From Silvanigrellaceae bacterium (GTDB lineage: Bacteria; Bdellovibrionota_B; Oligoflexia; Silvanigrellales; Silvanigrellaceae), in contig JBMSQQ010000004.1 of the NCBI GenBank assembly GCA_049423385.1, positions 1-64,000 of the forward strand: DNA of 64,000 nucleotides, in the 5' to 3' direction. Under the pieces are notes generated by a model. It saw nothing but the letters and a program-made list of their open reading frames with translations, was not told the DNA's origin and ran no database searches. The first letter of the stretch is position 1. The number at the start of each line of letters is the position of its first letter. Made by a program: the position numbers and the translations under genes. Below, piece after piece: positions 1-9,933 of the stretch.

Positions 1-11
1 CTCGCGCTCCG

Positions 12-926
12 CTACCCCTCGCACTGACCCTGGGCATTCCCAAGACACGACAATCCACCGCTGAATTTCAAGCATTCGCGAAGCTTGCCGGGGCTCGTGC
101 ACAAATAGGCTCCGCCATTGCAATTTTTATCAACGCACGCAGCTCCGCCTTTTTGCTGAATGCAGCTGACGAGGGAAGACTTGTTGCAGCGGAGTTGGGT
201 ATTGGAGGACCCATTCACACTGCGGCTGCTCTCGGCTGAATTGTTGCGACCATACATTTTTTCGATCGTGGCGATGTCGCCTTTGGAAAGTCCGATTTTT
301 CTGTAGAAGTAATCGATATTGCAATAGTTCATGATGGAGTCGTAATCGAATGATCCAACTTTGATTGCACCTTCGGGTTCTTTTCCAATACCCTCGTTGC
401 AGAAGTTTCCATTGGCGTTTTCGGAGCGCAATTGCTCATGGTGAAGACCGAGCGCGTGTCCAAATTCATGCACAATGGTGTTCTGAACTTCGTGTTTGTT
501 CGTGATCGCGTTACTTTTTAAGCGATAGTAGAGATGCATGGGGGCCCGGTATCGTCTTGCTGGCACAAAATGCGACAAGAGTTTTTGCAAGTCATCACGT
601 GAATCGCCAATGCCACCGGCATTGTCGCGTCCTACCAGTCCTATGCGCACTTCGATGTGGGACATTGGAGCTTCGCTGCAAAGCTTGAACCCGCTGAACC
701 GAAAACTGGTTCTCTGGTTTATTTCCTCCTCCACAGTGTCGTGGATGAGACTACGCATCGCAGCGTTTCCCTGTGCTTCATCTGCAAAACAGACGCTGGC
801 CGTCGCATTCGGCCACAAGGCTCCCGATTGATAGAGCCCTTGTGAGCCTGAATCAGCTTTCGGAATCGGTTTGCATGCGAACAAGAGGGCCGCCAGGAGC
901 GGAAAAAATACCACTTTTGATTTCAA
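12..926 (-). CDS. Zinc metalloprotease lipoprotein (metzincin, astacin/matrixin-like) with Cys-rich C-terminal tail
   Basis: Lipobox LLFAC; HEFGHALGLHH zinc motif; Met-turn SIMNY; TTG start preceded by AAGGAG. Confidence 0.85.
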   Translation of the reverse strand: MKSKVVFFPLLAALLFACKPIPKADSGSQGLYQSGALWPNATASVCFADEAQGNAAMRSLIHDTVEEEINQRTSFRFSGFKLCSEAPMSHIEVRIGLVGRDNAGGIGDSRDDLQKLLSHFVPARRYRAPMHLYYRLKSNAITNKHEVQNTIVHEFGHALGLHHEQLRSENANGNFCNEGIGKEPEGAIKVGSFDYDSIMNYCNIDYFYRKIGLSKGDIATIEKMYGRNNSAESSRSVNGSSNTQLRCNKSSLVSCIQQKGGAACVDKNCNGGAYLCTSPGKLRECLKFSGGLSCLGNAQGQCEG

Positions 927-1108
927 GGATTGTGCTCCTTCCTCCCATAACTCGATCCGGAGGTTCGGAAAGTTGAGCAGATATCTTGAGTTGAATCGTC
1001 TCCTTCGAATTGGACCGAAGGCTACGATATGTCATCGAAAACTGGATGTGTCCAAAAAATTATCTCTGAAAGTCGACCAACAGAGATGTATCTATTTCGA
1101 ATGACCTT

Positions 1109-1735
1109 TTAATGTGACAAGCACTCTGCCCTATTTGAAAAAACAGGACTGCCCGAATCTCGCCAAAGGTATTTGGCAGTGGAGTATCCGCCCAAATAAA
1201 CGCTGTCGGAGTAGTAATAACGAGAGGGTGAAATTGCTTCGGCGGAAAGATTGCGCCCCTGATCCTTGAACCAATAGCGAGTTTCGCCGTCGGCATTGCG
1301 GATGGTGACGTAGAACGTGAAGTTTTTCAATGTTCTCTCACCGACGTCATATCCGTTGAGATTCCAGCGCTGAGGGAAGGTGATCTTGAGCCGCTTCCCG
1401 TCGATGGTGCGCTGAGCCGCAATGAAGAGTTGTTCGTTGTCGACCTTCCAATCCTCTGGCGTTGGCGAACCGTCGGGTCCGGAGATCAGCTTTCTGTAAT
1501 TTCCGGAAAATTCGAAATATGCGCCTGCCTCAACAACTCTTTGATCGAGGTCTGGCCGAACGAGAAGTTGGGCAACAAGCTCAGATGAGCTGGTGCCATA
1601 AACACCCGAAGTTACGACTGCGAAGTCATCCACAACAAATTCGCAATCGCTCACATCATTTTCAGAAGACGCAGAGGCCGACGGAACGGCAAAGGCCATT
1701 GTGATAAGGGCGAACAGGGTCGAGATTTGCAACAT
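1109..1735 (-). CDS. Secreted hypothetical protein
   Basis: Signal peptide MLQISTLFALITMAFAVPSASA; GGAG upstream of ATG at 1735 (the ORF track starts it at 1810). Confidence 0.7.
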   Translation of the reverse strand: MLQISTLFALITMAFAVPSASASSENDVSDCEFVVDDFAVVTSGVYGTSSSELVAQLLVRPDLDQRVVEAGAYFEFSGNYRKLISGPDGSPTPEDWKVDNEQLFIAAQRTIDGKRLKITFPQRWNLNGYDVGERTLKNFTFYVTIRNADGETRYWFKDQGRNLSAEAISPSRYYYSDSVYLGGYSTAKYLWRDSGSPVFSNRAECLSH

Positions 1736-1974
1736 GAGGAACTCCGAAGGTTTCGCTCGCATTTCGGCCTGGTCAGGTCCAAATGAGCCGACGTGGACTG
1801 GCGCTAACAAGGATCTTGCGGATGGGCAAGAACAGTTTCATTGGCAGAGGGCAGATTCGCAGCATGGGCGGGTGCCCAGTTCGTGGTCCAGGGGCGAAGG
1901 GTTGAGCTTTTGAAAATTCACAATCCACGCGGTATGACTAACGCCCCACGAGCGACAACCAGGAGACTGCGGGC

Positions 1975-3231
1975 ATGGCATCAAACTTTTTCACCCATAT
2001 GGAAGAGCGTGGGCTTATTGCCCAAACCAACGATGGCGCAGGTTTGGCGGAGGCATTGGAGGCGGCTGCCAAGAAGAGCCCGCGCGATTATCCCGGGGTC
2101 TACTGTGGCTTTGACCCAACCGCAAAAAGCCTCACTCTGGGGCACTTGGTGCCGTTGCTGGGGCTACGCCGCGCCCAGGATCATGGCCTGACGCCCATCA
2201 TTTTGTTTGGTGGTGCGACGGGTTTGATTGGCGACCCCACCGGCCGGACCGACATGCGTCCAATGAACACCAAAGAAGACATCGCCGGATACATCGCAAA
2301 TTTTGCCAAGCTCGTAAGCCGTTATTTTCGCACCGATGTGCCCAATGCACCCATGTTTGTGAACAATCTGGATTGGATTGGCCCGATGACCTGGCTCGAT
2401 TTTGCCCGCGACGTGGGAGTCCACTTTACGGTAGCAAAGTTGTTGTCGGCGGATGTGAACAAGTCGCGTCTGGACAACGGCCTGACGTTTATGGAAATGG
2501 GCTATCAATTGCTCCAGTCGTTCGACTTTCTGGAACTCTTCCGCAAGAAAAACTGTTTGCTTCAAACCGGTGGAAATGATCAGTGGTCAAACCTGCTTGG
2601 CGGCGTCGATCTGATCCGTAGGGTTGAACACAAACAGGCGTTTTGCTTTACGCAACCGCTGATTGTTGACTCTCAGGGTCGCAAGCTTGGCAAGACGTCT
2701 GGAAATGCGATTTGGCTCGATGCGAGCATGACTTCGCCCTACGACTTCTTCCAGTATTTGCGAAATATTCCAGACGAAACTGTCGAGCAGACCCTGCGTC
2801 AGCTCACCTTCATTCCGCTTGAGGAAATTAGCCAGCTCACGGCACCGGGCACAAATCCCAACAAGGCCAAGGAGAAATTGGCATGGGAAGTCACGCTGCT
2901 CGTGCATGGTCGCGAAGAAGCCGACAAGGCGCTCGCGGCAGCACATGCGTTGTTTGAAGGTGCGGGAGACCTGTCGTCAGCGCCCCGCGTTCAAATCGCT
3001 CGTGGTGAGATTGAAGCCGGCATGGATGTCATCACTCTGCTTGCAAAAGCAGGTGTGTGCCCAAGCAAGAGTGAAGCGCGTCGACTGGTGCAGGGCAATG
3101 GCCTGTTGTTGAACGGCGAGAAATGCGCCGATGCGGCCTATCGGATGCAGTTCAAGGATTTCGAGCATTCCTGCGGCGGTCTTCTCGTACGCAAGGGCAA
3201 GAAAGATTACACGATCATCGAATTGATCTGA
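1975..3231 (+). CDS. tyrS: Tyrosine--tRNA ligase
   Basis: YCGFDPTA-SL-LGH, GDPTGR, YQLLQSFDF, QTGGNDQWSN, KLGKT; C-terminal S4 domain (SKSEARRLVQGNG...RKGKK). Confidence 0.97.
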   Translation: MASNFFTHMEERGLIAQTNDGAGLAEALEAAAKKSPRDYPGVYCGFDPTAKSLTLGHLVPLLGLRRAQDHGLTPIILFGGATGLIGDPTGRTDMRPMNTKEDIAGYIANFAKLVSRYFRTDVPNAPMFVNNLDWIGPMTWLDFARDVGVHFTVAKLLSADVNKSRLDNGLTFMEMGYQLLQSFDFLELFRKKNCLLQTGGNDQWSNLLGGVDLIRRVEHKQAFCFTQPLIVDSQGRKLGKTSGNAIWLDASMTSPYDFFQYLRNIPDETVEQTLRQLTFIPLEEISQLTAPGTNPNKAKEKLAWEVTLLVHGREEADKALAAAHALFEGAGDLSSAPRVQIARGEIEAGMDVITLLAKAGVCPSKSEARRLVQGNGLLLNGEKCADAAYRMQFKDFEHSCGGLLVRKGKKDYTIIELI

Positions 3232-3364
3232 TTTTATCGGAATAAAATCAATAGCCAGAAGCGTTCAGCCGCGGATTTCCGGGGGTTGAACGGTGTCTTT
3301 TTTCTGCTATAGCGAGGCTGTGTAAATCACATTTAACTGATACGGATCAAGAGCAGGCTTTATA

Positions 3365-4474
3365 ATGAATTCAGTCGCCTCATATCAGGCACTTGCATTG
3401 CAAATACGATGCAGAGCCGTGAATGCCTGCCATGGCGTGCCCGAGGCTCGCGAGCTGCTGCGCGCCAACATCGATCGCCTTGCAAAAATGATTCCGGCAA
3501 ACAAGGCATTCATTGGTCCGGCGTGCAAGCTGGTGGTGTTGCCTGAATACGTGCTCACAGGATTTCCGCTTGGAGAATCCTTCTCGCAGTGGCGTGAAAA
3601 GGCCTGCATTTCAGTCGACAGCCCCGAGATGGAATCGCTGTGCCGCATTGCTCAAGACAACAACGTCTACCTCGCAGTGAATGCTTACGAAAAAGAAAAG
3701 CATTTTCCGGAACTGTTTTTTCAGGGCTGCTTTTTGATTTCGCCCGAAGGTCGGGTGGTGTTGCATTACCGGCGCACGAATTCTGTTTTCAGCCCGACGC
3801 CGTTTGATGTGTGGAACAAATATCTGGAAGTTTATGGAGAAGACGCACTGTTTCCTGTGGCTGATACTCCGTTGGGACGCATGGCTTTTGTTGCCAGCGA
3901 CGAAATTCTCTTTCCGGAAGTTGCTCGGATGGCACTGATGAAGGGTGCTGAAATACTTCTCCATCCAACTTCAGAAACCCATTCACCCATTTCCAGCGGC
4001 AAAGACGTTTGCAAACAGGCGCGTGCAGTTGAAAATCTTGCATATGTGATTTCGGCAAACACAGCCGGCATCGAGGGCACACCCGTGTGTGCCGAATCAG
4101 CTGATGGTGGATCGCGGATTGTAGATTATCGCGGTCGCATTCTCGCCATGGCTGGAACAGGCGAAAGCCTGAACGCATTTGCAGAAATTCACATTGCCAA
4201 TCTCCGCGAAGCACGTCGGCAAACCGGTATGCAGAACCTCGTTGCGCGACAACGCTATGGACAATACTCGGAGTTTTATCAGCGGGCTGAAGGTGTTCCA
4301 CCCAATGCTCTTGCTGGTGTGAATGACCCTGGATTGAAGCCTGCTGGAGAATCACATCCGGATTCGGAACCTCAGTTGAAACGACACGTCGAATCCCAAC
4401 CCGGACGTGCACAGCTTTTGGCTTTGCAGCGCGAGACAATTTCGCGCCTGGAAAAGAAAGGCGTATTGCCATGA
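3365..4474 (+). CDS. Nitrilase/carbon-nitrogen hydrolase superfamily protein with non-canonical triad
   Basis: VVLPEY, ADTPLGRM, ARAVENLAYVISAN, GGSRIVDYRG; the Lys and Cys triad positions read R and S. Confidence 0.85.
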   Translation: MNSVASYQALALQIRCRAVNACHGVPEARELLRANIDRLAKMIPANKAFIGPACKLVVLPEYVLTGFPLGESFSQWREKACISVDSPEMESLCRIAQDNNVYLAVNAYEKEKHFPELFFQGCFLISPEGRVVLHYRRTNSVFSPTPFDVWNKYLEVYGEDALFPVADTPLGRMAFVASDEILFPEVARMALMKGAEILLHPTSETHSPISSGKDVCKQARAVENLAYVISANTAGIEGTPVCAESADGGSRIVDYRGRILAMAGTGESLNAFAEIHIANLREARRQTGMQNLVARQRYGQYSEFYQRAEGVPPNALAGVNDPGLKPAGESHPDSEPQLKRHVESQPGRAQLLALQRETISRLEKKGVLP

Positions 4475-5916
4475 TGTTTTCGATTCGCAATCCGCGCACG
4501 GGACTTCAGGACGGCAGCTTTGAAGCGTGTTCTCCTGAAAGCGTGGCAGAAGTTTGCGCAGCTCTGCGTCGTTCGCAATTCGAATGGGAACAGGCCGGCG
4601 TGGTGGCGCGCTCGCAAGGACTGCAAACACTTCTTGACCGTTTGAATGATCCCCGGTGGCGGGAAAAACTTTTTGGCGCCTTGATGAACGACACGGGTCG
4701 CAAGAGCGAAAGCCTCACCGAGCTCACAGGCCTGACCAGCACTCTTCAGCGCTGGATTTCTTATGCGTTTGAAAACGCAGGACTGTGGCAACCCGACTCT
4801 GTTTTTCCCACAGCAATTCCTGGATTCACCCAACAAATTGTCCGCGATGCGACTCCACTCGTTGGGGTCATCAGCCCGTGGAATTTTCCGCTTCTGTTGA
4901 GTTTTGTCGACACCATTCCGGCGCTGCTCGCGGGTTGCGCCGTTGTCATCAAGCCAAGTGAGGTGACGCCACGTTGGGCATTTGTGATGAACGACCTGCT
5001 CGCGACGATTCCTGTTTTGGGCAGCGTGTGTCGCATTGTCGAGGGCGGAGCCGACACAGGTCGAGCCGTTGTTGAAGCCGTGGATTGTGTTTGTTTCACA
5101 GGCAGCGTGGATGTGGGTCGCAAGGTGGCTGCCCGCGCGGCTGAACGATTGATTCCTGCACACCTCGAGCTGGGAGGCAAAGATCCTGCTTTGGTTTTTG
5201 CCGATGCCGATCTCGATTCTGCCGTTCGTTCAATCTTGTGGGGAAGCACTGTGAACGCAGGGCAATCGTGTTTGTCGATTGAGCGTGTTTACGTGCAGTC
5301 AGAAGTATATCCACAATTTATCCACAAAATGCGCTCGATGATTGAAGACATGACCAGCCAATATCCAGTGATGGAATGGATGGCGCCGATCATTTCTCGG
5401 CAGCAGGTCGAAGTGATTGACGATCAATTGCAGGACGCGCGCGACAAAGGTGCCGTTTTTCAGACCGGTGGAACGTGGGAGTCATCGCCACAAGGAACCT
5501 TTTTTATGGCTCCAACCCTGGTGACCAGCGTGAATCATTCCATGAAGATGATGAGCGAAGAGAGTTTTGCACCCTTCATTCCGGTGATGCCTTTTTCCTC
5601 GGAAGCCGAGGCCATTGCGCTCGCCAACAACAGCCCCTACGGACTGAGTGCAGCCGTTTATTCCGCCCAGCCGGAAACTCTCAAAAGAGTTGTGTCAGCA
5701 TTGGACGCGAGTGCCGTGTCGATCAACGACTGCGGACTGACCGCGTTTTTGCATCAGTGCGCCAAGTCGCCGCGCAAGGCGTCGGGTGCGGGTTTGTCGC
5801 GCATGGGTGGCGATGGACTCACGCGTTTTATGCGCAAAAAAGCTTTGTTGAAAAAATCTGCCGCAGAACAGCCGGATCCTTGGTGGTATCCGGTGACTGC
5901 GGTTGCGAAGAACTGA
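4471..5916 (+). CDS. Aldehyde dehydrogenase
   Basis: ISPWNFP, KPSE, FTGS, LELGGKDP, catalytic NAGQSCLS, EESFAP; ATGA overlap with upstream gene. Confidence 0.95.
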   Translation: MMFSIRNPRTGLQDGSFEACSPESVAEVCAALRRSQFEWEQAGVVARSQGLQTLLDRLNDPRWREKLFGALMNDTGRKSESLTELTGLTSTLQRWISYAFENAGLWQPDSVFPTAIPGFTQQIVRDATPLVGVISPWNFPLLLSFVDTIPALLAGCAVVIKPSEVTPRWAFVMNDLLATIPVLGSVCRIVEGGADTGRAVVEAVDCVCFTGSVDVGRKVAARAAERLIPAHLELGGKDPALVFADADLDSAVRSILWGSTVNAGQSCLSIERVYVQSEVYPQFIHKMRSMIEDMTSQYPVMEWMAPIISRQQVEVIDDQLQDARDKGAVFQTGGTWESSPQGTFFMAPTLVTSVNHSMKMMSEESFAPFIPVMPFSSEAEAIALANNSPYGLSAAVYSAQPETLKRVVSALDASAVSINDCGLTAFLHQCAKSPRKASGAGLSRMGGDGLTRFMRKKALLKKSAAEQPDPWWYPVTAVAKN

Positions 5917-5925
5917 CGGGAGACG

Positions 5926-6381
5926 ATGTTGATGTCGATTCAAAAGGAAATGCCGCTGCTTGCTCGTCATGCTGGTCAATGGACAGGAGTTTACACGACC
6001 GTTGATGCCGAAGGAAAAATCATCGATCGCCATGCATCGCACTTGACCTGCGAACTCTCGGATGATCCCAAATTCCCATACAAGCAAACGAACCGGTACA
6101 CATGGGATGATGGAAAAACGGAGGAGCTCTTTTTTCCAGCAACCTATGCCAACAAGAAGATTTGGTTTGAGAGCGAGCGCATCAGCGGCGCTGCCTGGGA
6201 AGCAGACGAAGACACGGTCATGCTGACCTGGAAGCGCAAAGACATTGCCAATTCGAAGTTGGTCGAAATGATTCAACTCAGTTCCGATGGCCTGCGCCGT
6301 TCGCGCACCTGGCATTGGTTTGTGGACGACAAGCTCGTCAAGCGCACATTGATTGAAGAGAACAAGGTGGTGGGCAAATGA
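5926..6381 (+). CDS. DUF3598-like / lipocalin-like beta-barrel protein
   Basis: HAGQWTGVY N-terminal GxW motif, YKQTNRY, RSRTWHWF...RTLIEE; mainly beta-strand pattern. Confidence 0.65.
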   Translation: MLMSIQKEMPLLARHAGQWTGVYTTVDAEGKIIDRHASHLTCELSDDPKFPYKQTNRYTWDDGKTEELFFPATYANKKIWFESERISGAAWEADEDTVMLTWKRKDIANSKLVEMIQLSSDGLRRSRTWHWFVDDKLVKRTLIEENKVVGK

Positions 6382-7136
6382 AGTTGATTCATCCATTGGA
6401 TGCCCTGGGCTACCGCCATAAGTTCGGTGTGCTTGCTCCGAGTACAAACACCATTGTTGAGCCCGATTTTCACCGCATGGCAGTGCCGGGTGTCACTTCG
6501 CACATGTCACGCATCTATATTAAAAACCAGGACATCAGCTCCGACGAGAGGATGCAAGATTTACTCGTTCAGATTCGCGAAGAAATTCTGCGCGCAATTG
6601 ATCTTGTGAAGACCGCTGAAGTCAATTCGCTGGTCATGGGCATGAGCCTGGAAACGTTCTGGGATGGCCTCGAAGGAAACCGCAAATTCGTTGAGCGTCT
6701 CGAAAACTATTCGGGCCTGAAAGTCGCCTCGGGTGCACGCTCGTGCATGGCAGCATTGGACGTTTTGAAGGTCAAAAAGATTGCGGTGCTGACACCCTAT
6801 CAGCCGATTGGTGATGTGAATGTGCGCAAATTCTTTGGTGACATCGGCGTTGAAGTCGTTGCCCTCAAGGGCCTGCGTTGCCCAACGGCTGTATCGATTG
6901 CCCAGGTGGGAGAAGAACAACTGCGCTCGTCACTGATGGAACTGAACGTTTCCGAATGCGAAGCCATCATTCAGGTTGGAACCAACCTCAGCATGTTGCG
7001 CCTCGCAGACGAAGCCGAGCGTTGGTTGGGTAAACCCGTGATTGCCATCAATGCTGCAACCTGGTGGTACGCGTTGCGTAACCAGGGAATCCGCGATCAG
7101 GTCGACGGTTGTGGCATTCTCATGCGCAAATTCTAA
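6378..7136 (+). CDS. Asp/Glu racemase-fold protein (maleate isomerase / arylmalonate decarboxylase family)
   Basis: GVLAPSTNTIVEPD, KIAVLTPY, QVGTNL, LGKPVIAINAAT. Confidence 0.85.
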   Translation: MKLIHPLDALGYRHKFGVLAPSTNTIVEPDFHRMAVPGVTSHMSRIYIKNQDISSDERMQDLLVQIREEILRAIDLVKTAEVNSLVMGMSLETFWDGLEGNRKFVERLENYSGLKVASGARSCMAALDVLKVKKIAVLTPYQPIGDVNVRKFFGDIGVEVVALKGLRCPTAVSIAQVGEEQLRSSLMELNVSECEAIIQVGTNLSMLRLADEAERWLGKPVIAINAATWWYALRNQGIRDQVDGCGILMRKF

Positions 7137-7154
7137 CCACGGGCGGTGCGCGCG

Positions 7155-7799
7155 ATGGCCAATATTCACAATGGATATCAGGGTGTCTTTGACAACCACA
7201 TCCGATGCGGCAAAAAGGCGGCATTGGTGATTGTCGATTTCATCGAGGCCTATGCCGACCCCGCGTCGCCGTTCTTTTCGCCTGAGGTTGTTGAAGCTTC
7301 GCGGGCATTGTTGCCGCTTTTGAATTGTGCCCGCAGTGTGGGTCTGCCGATTGTCTGGACACGCGTTGAATACGCGCATCCTGAAGCTGCCGATGGCGGT
7401 GTTTTTGTCGAAAAAGTTCCGGCACTGAAGAATTTGCGGCGTGGTGCGTTTCATGCACAGACCATGAGTCATCTGGAGCAACGCTCTGCCGAACATGAGA
7501 TCATCAAGAAATTTCCGAGCGCATTTTTTGCCACCCCGTTGGCAAGTCTACTCACGTCATTGAACTGTGACACGGTGTTGGTAGCCGGCTGCACCACGAG
7601 CGGCTGCGTTCGCGCCACGGTGGTCGATGCGCTTCAACATGGGTTTCGCCCATTTGTTGTTGAAGAGTGTGTGGGCGACCGTTCTGCGGAAGCACATCGG
7701 GTCAATCTGTCGGACATGCAAAGCAAATATGCCGAAGTTGTTTCTGCCGCGACCGCTGTGGAATTGATCTTGTCTGCTCATGTGAAGGAGTCGCTGTGA
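7155..7799 (+). CDS. Isochorismatase-family cysteine hydrolase (maleamate amidohydrolase NicF / N-carbamoylsarcosine amidase-like)
   Basis: ALVIVD, KKFPSAFF, TTSGCVRATVVDA: intact D-K-C triad; alternative GTG start at 7146. Confidence 0.88.
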   Translation: MANIHNGYQGVFDNHIRCGKKAALVIVDFIEAYADPASPFFSPEVVEASRALLPLLNCARSVGLPIVWTRVEYAHPEAADGGVFVEKVPALKNLRRGAFHAQTMSHLEQRSAEHEIIKKFPSAFFATPLASLLTSLNCDTVLVAGCTTSGCVRATVVDALQHGFRPFVVEECVGDRSAEAHRVNLSDMQSKYAEVVSAATAVELILSAHVKESL

Positions 7800-8995
7800 G
7801 CAATGCGTTGAATGGTATCCGGGTGCTGGATTTCACCCACATGCTGAGCGGCCCTTATGCCACCATGATGCTCGCTGATTTGGGAGCCGAAGTCATCAAG
7901 ATTGAACCACCCGGAGTTGGAGAAGGCACCCGTCGCTTGTTGGAGAAAGATCCCAACCACAGCATCGATGGCATGGGCGCCTATTTTTTAACGCTGGGCC
8001 GCAACAAGAAGAGCATTGCACTCGACATGAAGTCACCGGGTGCGAAGAAGATTTTTCATGATCTGGTTCGCTGCTCGGATGTGGTTGTTTATAACTTCCG
8101 CGCGGGTGTCGGCGAAAAGCTGGGCCTGGATTACAACCAGCTCAAGCAAGTCAATCCCAAAATCATCACCTGCAGCGTGACGGGGTTCGGCGAGACCGGA
8201 CCCAATCGTGACTGTACGAGCTTCGATATGGTCGCCCAGGCCACTGGCGGCGGCATGACCCTCACAGGTGACGGAGTGAATCCTCTTCGGTCGGGCATTC
8301 CGGTTGGCGACCTTGGTGGTGGACTGATGGCCACCATTGGCATCCTCACAGCTTTGCAGGCGCGCGTGCGCACCGGCGTTGGCCAGCATGTGGATATCTC
8401 GATGCAGGATGCCCAGGTGAGCTTGCTCAATTACATGGCCACCATGACGTCGCTTTCGGGTGAACCTCCCAAGGCCAATGGCAATGCGCATTTTGTGCAT
8501 GTTCCGTATGATTCGTTTCCAACCCGCGACAAGCACATCATCATTGCCATCATCACAGATGACCTGTGGAAGACGTTCATCAAGGCGATCAACATTACTG
8601 CGCTCGACACCGAAGAAAATGCGGGTCAACCCGGTCGCTGGCGCAATCGTGAACACATCAGCCGGTTGTTGTGCGAAACGTTGCGCACCCGAGGATGTGA
8701 AGAATGGCTCGAGATTCTCAGGCCTGCCGGCGTGCCCTGTGCACCAGTGAACGACGTCAATGCTGTTTTGCATGACCCTCATCTGCAAGCGCGAAACATG
8801 ATTGTTGACGTGCCGCACATCAACGGTCGAACCGTGCGTCAGTCGGGCAATCCCATCAAGCTGTCTGCCTCAGGTGTGGATACGTTCTCTCATCCACCCC
8901 AGGTGGGCGAGCATACGCAAACTGTTCTCAAGGACATTCTCAAATATTCGGAAGACGCCGTGCACGACTTGCGCTCGTCGGGGGTGATTCAATGA
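7796..8995 (+). CDS. CaiB/BaiF family (family III) CoA-transferase
   Basis: RVLDFTHMLSGPYATMMLADLGAEVIKIE, RNKKSI, catalytic D in VGDLGGG; GTG start overlaps upstream TGA, AAGGAG RBS. Confidence 0.93.
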   Translation: MSNALNGIRVLDFTHMLSGPYATMMLADLGAEVIKIEPPGVGEGTRRLLEKDPNHSIDGMGAYFLTLGRNKKSIALDMKSPGAKKIFHDLVRCSDVVVYNFRAGVGEKLGLDYNQLKQVNPKIITCSVTGFGETGPNRDCTSFDMVAQATGGGMTLTGDGVNPLRSGIPVGDLGGGLMATIGILTALQARVRTGVGQHVDISMQDAQVSLLNYMATMTSLSGEPPKANGNAHFVHVPYDSFPTRDKHIIIAIITDDLWKTFIKAINITALDTEENAGQPGRWRNREHISRLLCETLRTRGCEEWLEILRPAGVPCAPVNDVNAVLHDPHLQARNMIVDVPHINGRTVRQSGNPIKLSASGVDTFSHPPQVGEHTQTVLKDILKYSEDAVHDLRSSGVIQ

Positions 8996-9933
8996 CATCC
9001 ATTGGTAACGGCCTGCTGCAGTCCGATGTGCCCTTGAAGCTCTGGGAAGTGGGTCCTCGCGATGGCCTGCAGAGTGAAAAGAATATTCTTCCGCTTGATG
9101 CCAAGCGTGACCTTGTGGTCGGCATGATGGAGGCAGGCCTTCGTCACATCGAGGTTGGCAGCTTTGTGCGCGCCATTCCGCAACTCGCGGACACAGACGA
9201 ATTGTTTGCACGCCTGGCAGATCATCCTCTGCGCAAGCAGACGACCCTGACGGGTTTGATCTTCAACGCCAAAGGCCTTGAACGAGCCATTGCGGCCGGG
9301 GTGGATGGCGTTTGTATTGTTGCAATTCCTTCGGACACGCTTTCGCAAAAGAATGCTGGCGTTGGTGCGCAGGAAGGGTTGTTGCGCGCACTCGCTTTGG
9401 TGGATGAGGCCAAAGCTCACAATTTGTTCGTGCGGGTCGATTTGGCGACCTCGTGGGTATGCCCCTTCGAAGGCCAGATGCCGCAGGAAAAGATTTTTGA
9501 ATTCGCCTCGGGGTTGCTCGACAAACCCGGCGTCGATGAATTGGCCTTGGCCGACACCATCGGGCACGCGCATCCACTTCAGGTGTATGCAACCTTTGCG
9601 CGTCTCGCTGAAAAATATTCCATCCAACGCCTGGCAGCCCATTTTCACGACACGCAGGGATTGGCTCTGGCGAACGTCACGGCTGCGATGTCGGCTGGCG
9701 TGCGCATCTTTGATTCTGCCCTGGGTGGTTTGGGCGGATGTCCTTTTGCACCAGGCGCTGCAGGAAATCTCGCGACAGAAGACCTTGTATTGATGGCCCA
9801 GAAATTGAATTCCAATCAGCTCAGGGATGTTTCTCTTTCTGCGCTGTGGACCATGGTTGAAAAATTGGAACAACACATTGGCCGTCCGTTGGGTGGCAGA
9901 AGCCGTGCCTGGTGGAGGAGTCAGTCCAAGTGA
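8992..9933 (+). CDS. HMG-CoA lyase-like / citramalyl-CoA lyase-like (DRE-TIM)
   Basis: EVGPRDGLQSE, HFHDT, GLGGCPFAPGAAGN. Confidence 0.9.
   Translation: MTSIGNGLLQSDVPLKLWEVGPRDGLQSEKNILPLDAKRDLVVGMMEAGLRHIEVGSFVRAIPQLADTDELFARLADHPLRKQTTLTGLIFNAKGLERAIAAGVDGVCIVAIPSDTLSQKNAGVGAQEGLLRALALVDEAKAHNLFVRVDLATSWVCPFEGQMPQEKIFEFASGLLDKPGVDELALADTIGHAHPLQVYATFARLAEKYSIQRLAAHFHDTQGLALANVTAAMSAGVRIFDSALGGLGGCPFAPGAAGNLATEDLVLMAQKLNSNQLRDVSLSALWTMVEKLEQHIGRPLGGRSRAWWRSQSK

Noticed and set aside
1811..1974. T-box leader before tyrS
   Set aside because: No T-box consensus or terminator/antiterminator pair is visible
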